DNA of 64,000 nucleotides from Squalus acanthias (lineage: Eukaryota): assembly GCA_030390025.1 (NCBI GenBank), contig CM059432.1, forward strand, positions 58,654,001 to 58,718,000. The letters run 5' to 3'. Position 1 is the stretch's first letter. The number at the start of each line of letters is the position of its first letter. The notes under the pieces were generated by a model. The model saw only the letters and a list, made by a program, of their open reading frames with translations, made no database searches and was not told where the DNA came from. The position numbers and the translations under genes are program-made. Shown piece after piece: positions 22,017 through 34,302 of this stretch.

Positions 22017-23576
22017 GGGCTGGATTTTGTCAGCCCCGAGGAGGCAGGACTGCCGGTAAAGTTGCAGAATTTGGGGGCGGGTGGCAAACCCGCCCCCAAC
22101 CCGCCTCCGTGCTCTCTTGCCAGGAGGCAGGAAGCCATCCTGCCCCGGGTCCCGTCTCCTCGAGGCGGGAACGGACATAAAGCCTATTAACTGCCTGTTA
22201 ACGGGTAGTTAACAGGCAGAAAATAGGATTATCCCCATTTTTCGTTCCGAAGTGCAGGCTTCCCGACCTCGGGGAACCCTGCCAGGATGTAGGAGATGAG
22301 TAGGGGGTCTGAAAGTGCAATGTAGAGGTGAGTGATGGGTGCAAGTGTGCAGTGGTAAGTATGTAAGGTGAGTGTAAAGTCTTAGAAAATGTTCACTTAC
22401 CTTTGTTTCTGCCGACAGCCTTCAGCCGCTGTGGAGCCGAATTCCCAACATCTCCATTGTAGATATCACAGACTGGCTGTTGGATCCTCCGAACCAACAG
22501 CCAGGTGATTTCTGCAAAATTGAAAGGTTTGATGAGTCCTGAACACAAGGGGCTGGATTTTGTCTTGGGGTCGGGTTGGGGCCGTGTAATCCGCATTTCG
22601 TGTTTCCCCCCCGACTCCAGATTAATGTGGATGCCTGATGCAATTTTCACTTAATTGGGCAATTGAGTTGCAGCATGTGGGAACCCATGAACTAATTAGT
22701 GGTTTCAGGCTGAAACCCGCCTCTGATGATGTCATCATTGCTGCCTGCCTGCTCTCAGAGATTGTCTGGCTACTGGTGAGAGAGGACCTGTCTGCATTGC
22801 TTCTGATGTGAGTGGACCTGGATGCAAATGAGAGAGAGAGAGAGAGAGAGATTTTTGCATCCAACTTACACCAAATGCCATGACATTGAATGTAGCAGTA
22901 TCAGAGGCGACTTTCACACCTAATACTACTACTACCTTCATCACATCTCTGTTGTAATAGTGGACTTACAGCCGATAGTCAGCTATCCACTTGTGCTCCC
23001 ACCAGGTTTCACTGGAGTGTTTCACATCAGGCGTGCTTCACGTCAGAAAAGGGTTAAACTAGCTACAACATTTCAAAATAGCATTACAGACCCAATTTAG
23101 GGCTTGTTAAGGGCTGTAATGGCCTCTCCCGCCTCCAAGAGGCGGGAGAGAGTCGGGAACCCCGCGACTGATTTTGTCAAAATTGCGTGGAGGCGGGATG
23201 GAGTCGGGATGGGGTTGGAAAGCCTGACCCCGCAAATTTAACCCCCCACACGCCTCCAAACCCGACTCCATGGGTCATTCAAAATCTAGCCCAAGGTATC
23301 ATCAAACTACACAGAATGTCAGTGTTTGACAGCTTCACAGGGCTGTCAAACGATGACATTTCATCTTTCAAAAGTTCTTGACAGATGGCACGTCATACGT
23401 TGACGTGCTCTGTCACTGACTTCCCCCTAATTGGCCTGCTGAGCCCGCTGGGTGGGCTTAACAAGGTCAATCAGGGGAAAATCCCGCTGGTTGGCCAGAA
23501 GTTGATGGAGGTGGGATTGAAAGCCGGCAAGCAGCAGTCCCGCCTTCAAAAGCTTCCCATTGAGAAAATCCAGCCC
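22017..23576 (+). mobile_element. Non-autonomous Harbinger inserted in CR1 ORF2
   Basis: TIR GGGCTGGATTTTGTCA / TGAGAAAATCCAGCCC (15/16), TSD TTT; removal restores NKYF-VSVFT. Confidence 0.92.
22550..23292 (+). mobile_element. Harbinger MITE nested in 22017-23576
   Basis: TIR GGGCTGGATTTTG / CAAAATCTAGCCC (12/13), TSD AAG; homologous to 6398-7117. Confidence 0.9.
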
Positions 23577-24448
23577 TTTGTTTCTGTCTTCACGGAAGAA
23601 GGCGCAAAAAACTTCCCGTAAATAGTGGAGAACCAAGGGTCTAGCGAGAATGAGGAACTGAAAGAAATTAGTATTAGTAAAAAAATAGTAGTGGAGAAAT
23701 TAATGGGATTGAAAGCCGATAAATCCCCTGGACCTCTTGGCCTACATCCTAGGGTTTTAAAAGAGGCGGCTGTAGAGATAGTGGATGCATTGGTTGTCAT
23801 TTTCCAAAATTCCATAGATTCTAGAATGGTTCCCGCGGATTGGAAGGTAGCAAATGTAACCCCACTATTTAAGAAAGGAGGAAAGAGAGAAAACAGGGAA
23901 CTACAGACCAATTGGCCTGACATCAGTAGTAGGGAAAATGCTAGAATCTATTATTAAGGATGTGATAACAGGGCACTTAGAAAATAATAATAGGATTGGG
24001 CAGAGTCAACACAGATTTATGAAAGGGAAATCATGTTAGACGAATCTGTTGAGTTTTTTGAAGTTGTAACTAGCAGAATAGATAAGGGGGAACCAGTGGA
24101 TGTGGTGTATTTGGATTTTCAGAAGGCATTCGATAAGGTGCCACACAAGAGGTGATTAAACAAAATTAGGGCTTACAGGATTGGGGGTAATATACAAGCA
24201 TGGATTGAGGATTGGTTAACGGACAGAAAACAGAGAGTAGGAATAAACGGGTCATTTTCGGGTTGGCAGGCTGTAACTAGTGGGGTACCACAAGCATCAG
24301 TGCTTGGGCCTCAGCTATTCACAAACTACATCAATGATTTGGATGAGGGGAGCAAATGTAATATATCCAAGTTTGCTGATGATACAAAGCTGGGTGGGAA
24401 TGTAAGTTGTGATGAGGAAGTAAAGAGGCTTCAAGGGGATATAGACAG

Positions 24449-25370
24449 GCTCCTCAAACTCCCTCAGCAGAAGCTCATTCCAAGTTCTACCTATGCTGTT
24501 GGTTCCTATGTAGACCTTGACAACTGGATCCTCCCCCTCCCACTCCAAGTTCTTCTCCAGCCGCGAGAAGATGTCTTTAACTCTGGCACCAGGCAGGCAA
24601 CACAACCTTCGGAACTCTCGGTCGCGGCTGCAGAGAACATATCTATCCCCCTGACTATACTGTCCCCTCCCACAACTACATTCCCTTTCACTCCCCCCAG
24701 AGAATGGCCTCCTGCACCATGGTGCCATGGTCAGCTTGCTCATCCATTCTGCAGGCTTTTCCCTCATCCACTCAGGCAGCAAGAACCTCATACCTGTTGG
24801 ACAAGGGCAAAGGCTGAGGCTCCTCCAGCATTACACCTGCCTCCTGTCCCTGACCACTAACCAGACCTGTACCACCAACTAACCTAAGGGGTGTGACTGC
24901 CTCCTGGATCAAAGTGTCCAGGTAACTCTCCCCATCACTGATGCCCCACAATATCTGCACCTCAGACTCCAGCTCAAAAACTCTGAACTGAAGTTCCTCA
25001 AGATGCAGGCACTTACTGCAAACGTGGTTGTCCTGGATCACAATGCTCTCCGCAAACTCCCACATGCTGCAGTTGCGGCACACCACCTGCACTGCCATCC
25101 CTATATGACCTTGTTTTATTTAATTAAATTTAATTAAATTTGTATTTAGTTAACTTAGTTTACAGTGTAGTTTCTTGACTACTTATTTGATCTAGATTAA
25201 GTTAAGTGTACTGAAATTAAATATCTACCTGTAACACAAAGCACTACAAGTAGTGCAGGCAAAAAGCAACAACTCTTTCCCCCTCTTACCAGAAATTCCC
25301 ACTCTTTCCAAATTCCCAAATAAAACACTCTGTTCAAGTCCACTCCGTTTAATCCTGCTCTGTGCAGAAC
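24449..25370 (-). pseudogene. Inverted CR1 5' UTR plus ORF1 N-terminal part (zinc finger/zipper, start of esterase)
   Basis: MAVQVVCRNCSMW..CSKCLHLEEL; GDSIVRG; IGTNSIG..LLREFEE. Confidence 0.88.
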
Positions 25371-27204
25371 AAAAAATGTGAAGTTATCCACTTTGGTAGG
25401 AAAAATAGAAAAGCAGAGTATTTTTTAAATGGAGAGAGATTGGGAAATGTTGGTGTTCAGAGGGACCTGGGTGTCCTTGTACATGAATCACTGAAAGTTA
25501 ACATGCAGGTACTGCAAGCAATTAGGAAAGCAAATGGTATGTTGGCCTTTATTACAAGAGATTTGAGTATAAGAGTAAAGACGTCTTACTGCAATTATAT
25601 AGGGCCCTGCTGAGACCACACCTGGAGTACTGTGTACAGCTTTGGTCTCCTTAACTAAGGAAGGATATACTTGTCATAGAGGGAGTGCAATGAAGGGTCA
25701 TCAGACTGGTCCCTGGGATGGGGGGATTGTCCTATGAGGAGAGATTGAGTAGACTAGGCTATATTCTCTAGAATTTAGAATAATGAGAGGTGATCTATTT
25801 GAAACATACAAAATTCTTTCAGGGCTTGACAGGGTAGATGCAGGGAGGATGTTTTCCCTGGCTGGGGAATCTAGAACCAAGGGTCACAGTCTCAGAATAA
25901 GGGGTTGGCCATTTAGGACAGAGATGAGGAGAAATTTCTTCACTCAGAGGGTGGTGAATCTTGGGAATTCTCTACCTCAGAGGGCTGTGGAGGCTCAGTA
26001 GTGAGTACATTCAAGACAGAGATCGATAGATTTTTGAATATTAAGGGAATCAAGGGATATGGGGATAGTGCAGGAAAGTGGAGATGAGGAAGAAGATCAG
26101 TCATGATCTTATTGAATGGCGGAGCAGGCTCGAAGGGCCAAATGGCCTACTCCTGCTCCTATTTCTTATGTTCTTATTGCTGCAGGAGTTCCTCAGGGCA
26201 GTGTCCTAGGCCCAAACATCTTCAGCTGCTTCAATGACATTCCCTCCATCATAAGTTCAGAAGTGGGGATGTTCACTGATGATTGCAGTTTTCAGTTCCA
26301 TTCGCAACTCCTCAGATAATGAAGAAGTCCATGCCCACATTCAGCAAGACCTGGACGACATTCAGGCTTGGGCTGATAAGTGGCAAGTAACATTTGCGCC
26401 ACACAAGTGCCAGGCAATGACTATTTCCAACAAGAGTGAGTCTAACCACCTCCCCTTGACATTCAATGACATTACCATCGCCGAGTCCCCCACCATCAAC
26501 ATCCTGGGGGGTCACCATTGACCAGAAACTTAACTGGACCAGCCACATAAATACTGTGGCTACAAGAGCAGGTCAGAGGTTGTGTATTCTGTGGCGAGTA
26601 TCTCACCTCCTGACCCACCAAAGCCTTTCCATCATCTACAAGGCACAAGTCAGGAGTGTGATGGAATACTCGCCACTTGCCTGGATGAGTGCAGCTCCAA
26701 CAACACTCAAGAAGCTCGACACCACCCAGGACAAAGCAGCCCGCTTGATTGGCACCCTATCCACCACCTTAAACATTCACTCCCTCCACCACCGGTGCAC
26801 AGTGGCTGCAGTGTGTACCATCTACATGATGCACTGCAGCAACTCACCAAGGCTTCTTCAACAGCACCTCCCAAACCCGCGACCTCTACCACTAGAAGGA
26901 CAAGGGCAGAAGGCGCATGGGAACACCACCACTTCCAAGTTCCCCTCCAAGTCACACACCATCCTGACTTTGGAAATATATTGCCGTTCCTTCATCATCG
27001 CTGGGTCAAAATCCTGGAACTACCTCCCTAACAGCACTATGGGAGTACCTTCACTGCATGGACTGCAGCGGTTCAAGAAGGCGGCTCACCACCACCTCTC
27101 AAGGGCAATTAGGAATGGGCAATAATGCTGGCCTTGCCAGCGATGCCCACATCCCAGGAACGAATAAAAAAAATTTGTCTGTATGTCTACTGCTCAAAGA
27201 CATT

Positions 27205-27650
27205 GGCCAGAATTTTGCCTACCTGGGCAGGTCCGGTGTGGGTGGTGTCCATGGTGGGTCGTGACCCCGCTGCTGGCTCCATCTTACTTTAATTAAGCCT
27301 GCCCAGCGTGTTACCCGGCCCAATGAGATGGAACGGGCCTGGTGACGTCATTCATGATGCGTTTTCAGCCGGGATCTTTAAAGGGACCATGGCCACATTA
27401 GATTTGAAGTTTAATCGAACATAGTGCTGTCAGTGCACTGCAGTATTGGAGTGCTGCAAACACTGACAATCACTGCACAGAGGCAGAGGGCTGCACCCAG
27501 GTTCTCCGATGACTCTCTCCATATGCTTGTGGACGGAGTCAGAGCACGCAGGGAGGTCCTCTTCCCTTCCAATGGGCGGAAGAAACCTCCCCAGGAGACC
27601 AAGACAGCCTGGTTGCAGATTGCAGAGGAGGTCACAAGTAGGGATGTAAT
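27205..27650 (+). mobile_element. Harbinger left-end fragment with part of Myb/SANT exon 1
   Basis: Starts GGCCAGAATTTTGCC; RAAPRFSDDSLHMLVDGVRARREVLFP..AWLQIAEEV. Confidence 0.75.
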
Positions 27651-28388
27651 TGGGGACTATTTTTTACTGCAGGGTGCTTCTGGCATTGATACAAATTCTG
27701 GCCAGAAAATTGAGTGGGGTGCTAAATATTACACATTTCAGTCAGGAGACCTACATTTACCCTAAAAGTTCATATACATAATACATATGTATATAAATTT
27801 GATGTAACGGATCTTCGCCCATTTTTCTGATTGATTATGCCCATTTTACACCAGTTAATTGGCTGTAACTTATCAGAAAATCTATCTTTCAAAGTCATAA
27901 TCTACCACTCCCAGTTCAGGTATAATATGAGTTAGATGCAGAATAAATATCCCTCTACTTTGTCTCAACAACATATCTTCAGCGTTACTGTGGAGTAATT
28001 TAAATATATTTACATTCAGTAGTTGTTAAATATAAAATGATGATATGGATACAGGGGTAATTTTATTTTGGTCAGCACTAAGATTTCACCTTCATCAAAC
28101 AATATACAAAATTGGGCCCGTTGTATGAATTACAAACTGGAGTTCTATTGGAGATGAAAGTATGATGAGAGTGCAATTAAATAATATGACAGGCCTATAT
28201 CGCCTTCTAATCTTTCTAAGTTTACTGGAGGTATTCAAAATATGGTTTTAGTTGAGAAGAGGCTGTAAAATACTGATTATAGATAACCACACAATATTGA
28301 CTTTCTGTCACAGGATGCAGGCAGAAACCAGATTGATAAATTACTGTTCTTTTCCATTGAAGAGCAAACATTCTTTCTGCATTTTAAT

Positions 28389-28921
28389 GGGCCAGAAATT
28401 CGGCTCTCCACGGGTGAGTACGCGCTGTGTACTCACCCGTAAGGCCACCTGTAGTGCCGGTTTCCTGCATGCACTGCGCATGCACTGGAAACCGGAACTT
28501 CCGTTCCCCTGAAGGAAGGGGTTCAGAAGTCGAACGCATGCGCGGGAGAGGCAGCGCGCACGCAGCGAACTTCTTTTTTTTCAGGTTTCTCCGTGAGGGT
28601 AAGTATGGAGAAGCTGCACTTTTAAAAAGGAGGCGCAAGGCCTGTTTTTAACAAGGTAAGTGGTTAATTAAGTACAATTTAAACATTTTTTCAACAGGTT
28701 TATCTTTTTTACATACCTTAAAGATAGGTAAGTTTATTTTTAGCACTGTTAAAAAGTGTAATTAATTTTTTCAAAAATTTAAATTTTTGTTTAAAGTAGT
28801 TAATTTATGTAATTTACAGTTATTTTAAAAATGTGATGGTTTTATTAAAATTTATTTGAAGTTTTAGTGTGGTTTTGGGGCCGATCTCTATTCATAGATT
28901 TGACAGGTCTTCCTGTCAAAT
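28389..28921 (+). mobile_element. Truncated relative of the MITE at 17817-18560
   Basis: aat-GGGCCAGAAATT start; collinear palindromes and AT-rich core; no right TIR seen. Confidence 0.75.
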
Positions 28922-30026
28922 AAAGTTAGGACTAATGTTTTCTAAATATCTGAAATGTGGCCAAATCCATGCATGCAATCTGTTGTATGTGTGGTTGACA
29001 ACATGACAAACTAGCTACAGCCATTAGTGTTAGTTGGCAAACAAGTAGATTAAACCTGTCAGCATCTTTGTTAAGAATAAATTGCATCAGAAACAAATCA
29101 TGTACTTATTCACGATTGCAATTATATTTTTGTAAGAAAAGTTCTTTTAAAAATTAAAGTTGACAATGATTGTTGCATTAGAAATTAATGTGTATGAATG
29201 CTTCAGTCGTGGCTATATGATATTAGAAAGAATCCATATTATCATTTAGCTCATGTTGAAATATCACTACTGACAAGCACATTCTATGAAGAATTTATTC
29301 TCCAAGGGGCATAATTAAATATTGAATTATGTATATAGACAGGACATCAAAATATGTAGAAAAATACCCCGATTCAATCAAAGGGCAGAAGGGGGAAATG
29401 TGGCTGTTACCATAATTCATTTTATCAACACATTTAATAATTCTGAAATATAATTTCACACAGCAGACATATTGATTCATCATGTCTTCATACTGTTGAT
29501 GATTTTTGATTAATTTTTAATACGCTTTGTAAAATGGATATAAATCTACTTATACATAGTAAATTCTAAACACACATTTAATAGAGTTCTATTTACAATG
29601 GAAATGTGTTGATGGTTTGGGCAGTGTAATCCAGAAATATCTAATAGCACAGATATTTTATCAGGACAGTCTTTTTACCCTAGCATGCACCTCTTTACTA
29701 TATCTTTTCATTTGATCATTGATGGGCTTTAAAAAAAAATCTAAAGCAGTTAAAATTCTCTGTTGGAAATATGTTTATTATTTCCCCTTCCTTTATTTGC
29801 CAGTAAATTGCAGAATAAATCAAGTCCTTTCTTCAATCTATGTGTCAGTATGTGACAGTAAATTAATATTCCAGGCATGAGGCAAATTAAGGTGCATCCT
29901 GTATGTAATTACCAATTGTTCTGTTGATTGGATCTGTGCATCTCAAGTTGGAGTATGGACACCAGATCCATTAATGTATTTCTGTAACAGTAACCAATAT
30001 CTACTCCCTGCCTACATAACAAATAA

Positions 30027-30550
30027 GGTCCCAAATTCCGAGTCATGTGATCTGCCACCTAAGTGTGCGAGCATGGAAATTCCGCCATCCAATTGCCCCG
30101 ACACTGACCCTGCTGGAAAACTTGACGTCAGCTAATTGCAATATTGCTGGATGGGACAAAGGCCCATGTCCTCCCAGAAATCGGCCAATTACACTGGGAG
30201 GCCCAGAAAAAACATGGGGGGGGGGGTGCAGAGAAAATGCTGTATTTAAAGCTGGACTGTTCTTCAAACAGAACTGGCATGCAGCAATTTAAAACCATAG
30301 ATCAAAAAGGAACCAGAAAGCAGAAAGTCTCAAACTTCTCAGAGTGACATTGTTCAAACTGAAATTAGGCATGGGGAGGATGGAATAATAGGACTGGGAG
30401 GCAAGAGACCTGTTAAAACTGGAGCCAGGACTATGTGGAAAGGAATGGGACAGGTACTGAGTGGCAACTCCCTAACCACCCTCCCTCCACTCCTACCCCA
30501 TCAATGCAGGATCAGATTTAATGACCTCATAATCTCAGCAAAGGCAAGAA
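30027..30550 (+). pseudogene. Old Harbinger fragment with degenerate Myb/SANT exon
   Basis: RKQKVSNFSE..., WKGMGQVLS, QCRIRFNDL in broken frames. Confidence 0.5.
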
Positions 30551-30639
30551 CTATAGCTAGAAGCTGCCTTTAATATATGTTTTGTGCATTTCAGATACTA
30601 GACTGATATTTATCCTAAAAGTACATTCACAAATCTAAG

Positions 30640-30836
30640 GGTATCATCCTGTGCACTAAATGATCCGGACTCGCTCTCTCCTCCTTTAAGACACTCCTTA
30701 AAACCTTTGATTAAGCTTTAGTCCTAATATCTCCATATGTGGATTGGTGTCAAATCTTGTTCGATAAAGCGCTTGTGAAGCGCCTTGGAGCATTTTACTA
30801 TGTTAAAAGTGCTATATAAATCCAAGTTGTTGTTGT
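30640..30836 (+). mobile_element. L2 3' end
   Basis: gtgaagcgccttgg...gctatataaatccaagttgttgttgtt. Confidence 0.75.
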
Positions 30837-30960
30837 TACACATGGAAGATGTCAATTAAATGGATACAGCATCCTGCAGACCATGCATGACTGTTGAAGC
30901 CTCACTACTTCTGAAGTGATGAGAATTCTCAAATAGTTGTCAAATTCAACATTTTGTGAT

Positions 30961-31068
30961 TGACAGTAACAAGCATTCTTTTGACAATAACAAGCATTCT
31001 ATGACTGACAGTAACAAGCATTCTTTTGACAATAACAAGCATTCTATGACTGACAGTAACAAGCATTC
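30961..31068. repeat. Higher-order tandem repeat A-B-A-B-A (21 + 24 bp, 45-bp period)
   Basis: tgacagtaacaagcattcttt alternating with tgacaataacaagcattctatgac. Confidence 0.92.
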
Positions 31069-31080
31069 GTTTGTCATGAT

Positions 31081-31235
31081 CAATGTTCCCGCTAAGCTGC
31101 GCAGCGATCTGGAGGTCCCGCGCAGGCCGCTCACCGGCTTTTAAACGGAAAAAACCTCACATGCATGAAAATTTGAAAGGGCTGCGCAGCCACTTAAAGG
31201 GACCGTGCACAGAAAAAAAATTAGCGGTAACATTG
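31081..31235. mobile_element. hAT-type MITE, 155 bp
   Basis: TIR CAATGTTCCCGCTAA / TTAGCGGTAACATTG (14/15); 8-bp TSD GTCATGAT / GTCATGAC. Confidence 0.85.
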
Positions 31236-31670
31236 GTCATGACGGTAAAGATTGTGCACAATTCCTGAGAAGAATGGGGTAAAGGAGAAGGGATAGCAGA
31301 AGAAAGAGGCAAAGCAAATCCTGGGAATGAGGATATTCCAGGCTCTACCCATTTGTACCTTAAACTTGCAATCAGGGTCTTACAACGGCATAGGACCCCA
31401 ACTAGGATATTTAAACAGTCCCCTCCAGAAACAGGTGGGCGTGTTTGCCCATTTACAGGCCCACCTGTAATTGCATCAGGTGAGCCTTGGGCGTCAGTGG
31501 GACGTCTGAGGTGCCACTCCCCCTAACTGTCAACTGCTGGCCACACATTTTTCAGGCAAGAAATGGGTGGCTGGCAGTTGAAAATCACCCCTATCTGTCT
31601 CCATCGTGAATCCTATCAGTTGCAATCACAGTCCAGATAGGTTAACTCGGGTGATAGTCATAGAGTCATA

Positions 31671-32563
31671 GGGGGAGAAATTCAGTATCGCCCCATTTGA
31701 GGCGCAATTATCGGCCGGGCGCAAAGATTAGCGCCTGTTGCTAATTATCGCCTCCGACTGCAAACTTGACTTTTATCGCTCCTGGAGGTGATTGGAGCGC
31801 TAAATCAGGCGCTTCACACCTGTCTTAAGGCGCAAAGGCCGAGGAGCGAGGCGCTACCTCAGAGCGCTGGCGAAGCACATGTGATGTCAGTCAGCAATGG
31901 AACACACACACAATGGCGCCGGCCAGTTCTTAAAGGGGAGGGTTGATCTTGCTCTCCATCCACATCCTGCTCATTGCAGCCTTGAATCTCGGCCTGGAGA
32001 GACCTGTACATCAAAACTGCTGGAAAGAACAATGGAGAGTACCAGGGAAAGAGCTCAGAGTGCAGCCCCCACAATCTCTTCTAAATCGATACAAGGAAGG
32101 ACAAATCAAAATGAACCTGCAAAGTGCTGCTCAGTACCCAAAACTCCTTCACACAGCGTTGAATCACTCCAGAAGTCTGTCTCTCTCTCTCTCAGAATGC
32201 GTGGTTCAAAAATGTCACCAACAATAAAAGGCAGGAAGCGGTCGCCTTTAAATAGCGCTCCCCCAGTCCCTTCCTGACTGCAAAACGCTCCCCTCAACCT
32301 ATCGTTGCTAGCGGCAGGCGGTAAGGCAGGGGGCGCCACACAATATCTGCTCCGGGGCGCTACCGGGGCGTTGCGCACTCGATTGATGTCACGATCTGCC
32401 AGCGCAGGAGATCGTGGCGGTAGTGTTTAGCGCCACCGCAAAATGTCTAGTTAATTTTGCGAGCGGTGCAAACATCACCGCACCTGGGCGCTAGTTGCTT
32501 TGCGCCCCATTAGTGCCCTCTTAAGGCGCTAACAGGAGGCGCAGCCAACTGAATTTTTCCCCC
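31671..32563 (+). mobile_element. Harbinger deletion derivative related to 11037-15564
   Basis: TIR GGGGGAGAAATTCAG / CTGAATTTTTCCCCC (14/15), TSD ATA; left part aligns to 11037-11375, right part to ~15125-15564; both genes absent. Confidence 0.92.
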
Positions 32564-33745
32564 ATAGAGTTATACAGCACAGAAAGAGGCCCTTCGGCCC
32601 ATCGTGTCCACGCCGGCCATCAAGCCCTGTCTATTTTAATCACATTTTCCAGCACTTGGTCCGTAGCCTTGTATGCTATGGCGTTTCAACTGCTCATCTA
32701 AATGCTTCTTGAATGTTGTGAGGGTTCCTGCCTCTACCACCCTTTCAGGTAGTGAGTTCCAGATTCCAACCGCCCTCTGGGTGAAATTTTTTTTCCTCAA
32801 ATCCCCTCTAAACCTCCTGCCCCTTACCTTGAAACTATGCCCCCCTGGTTATTGACCCCTCTACTAAGGGGAAAAGTTCCTTTCTATCTACCCTATCTAT
32901 GTCCCTCATAATTTTGTACACCTCAATCAGGTCCCCCCTCAGCCTTCTCTGCTCTAAGGAAAACAACCCCAGCCTGTCCAGTCTCTCTTCATAGCTGAAG
33001 CGCTGCAGCCCAGGTAACATCCTGGTGAATCTTCTCTGCACCCTCTCCAATGCAATCACATCCTTCCTATAGTGTGGCGACCAGAACTGCACACAGTATT
33101 CCAGCTGTGGCCTAACTAGCGTTTTGTACAACTCCATCATAACCTCCCTGCTCTTATATTCTATGCCTCGGCTAATGAAGGCAAGTATCCCATATGCCTT
33201 TTTAACCACCTTATCTACCTGTCCTGCTGCCTTCAGGGATCTATGTACATGCACGCCAAGGTCCCTCTGATCCTCTGTCCTTCCTAGGGTCCTACCATTC
33301 ATTGTGTATTCCCTTGCCTTGTTAGTCCTCCCAAAATGCATCACCTCACACTTTTCAGGGTTAAATTCCATTTGCCACTGTTCTGCCCATCTGACCAACC
33401 CGTCTATACCGTCCTGTAGCCTGAGGCTTCCCTCCTCGCTATTTACCACCCCACCGATTTTCGTGTCATCTGCAAACTTACTGATCATACCTCCTACATT
33501 CATATCTAAATCATTAATGTACACTACAAACAGCAAAGGACCCAGCACCGATCCCTGTGGTACACCACTGGACACAGGCTTCCAGTCACAAAAACAACCT
33601 TCGACCATCACGCTTTGCCTCCTGCCACTAAGCCAATTTTGGATCCAATGTGCCAAGTTGCCCTGGATCCCATGGGCTTTTATCTTCTTGACCAGTCTCC
33701 CATGCGGGACTTTGTCAAAAGCCTTACTGAAGTCCATGTAGACCA

Positions 33746-33939
33746 TGTCGTAAGAATGAGCCTTACGCGTGGTGAACTTAAAGTAAGCTTTAATCAACTA
33801 AAAAGGTGCTACATACAAAAGAGGTCTTACTCTATGCCTCTCCAGGATCCAACTGATCAGTCCAGTATATATCCTGGACTAATCACAGGAAGTGATGCAA
33901 TAAAGTTCGAGTCACAGGAAGCTGTATTGTGTTACCACA
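33746..33939 (-). repeat. 3' LTR
   Basis: 3 mismatches versus 37976-38169. Confidence 0.95.
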
Positions 33940-34302
33940 TTCTGCCCCCCCCCCAAAAGATTAGGAGGCCGGGATGAAGTTCGAGTCACAGGAAGCTGTA
34001 TTGTGTTACCACATTCTCCCTCCATTTCGTAGCCGCTGGACGAGGGAGAGCCGCACCCGTTTGGGTTCTCGTAGCGGTAGAGGGCCCCTAGCCCGTTTAC
34101 CCGCCGCGGGCCGTGGACCAGAGTCCGAGTGATCCAGCCCGCTCTGTGAGGGGTCAGGACGATCCTGACTGTGTACTGGTGCCCGAACGGGTGTCGGGCA
34201 GGGCTGTGGCAGATCCGTTTCCGAGCGTACGGTACAGGGTGGATCGTGGCTGCGTGTGCGAGCCCCGACGGGCTCATAGTCAGTCTGCCCCAGGTCGGCA
34301 CG

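Larger units (their letters stand above)
20359..26174 (+). mobile_element. CR1 LINE, rearranged (ORF1 C-terminus, ORF2, 3' tail), with nested Harbingers and an internal inverted 5' segment
   Basis: LLREFEELGSKLKSRTSKV, YLNARSIRNK, RT fragments, tail ttcttatgttctta. Confidence 0.9.
19103..27170 (+). mobile_element. CR1-clade LINE family B (19103-20358 and 26175-27170), split by a CR1 insertion
   Basis: ..GGQSSQPQDI resumes as AAGVPQGSVLGP; TATTG present at both 20354-20358 and 26175-26179. Confidence 0.9.

Noticed and set aside
27692..27703. AAATTCTGGCC as right TIR of the element at 27205
   Set aside because: Flanking 3-mers differ (ATT versus AGA); may instead be the start of another fragment
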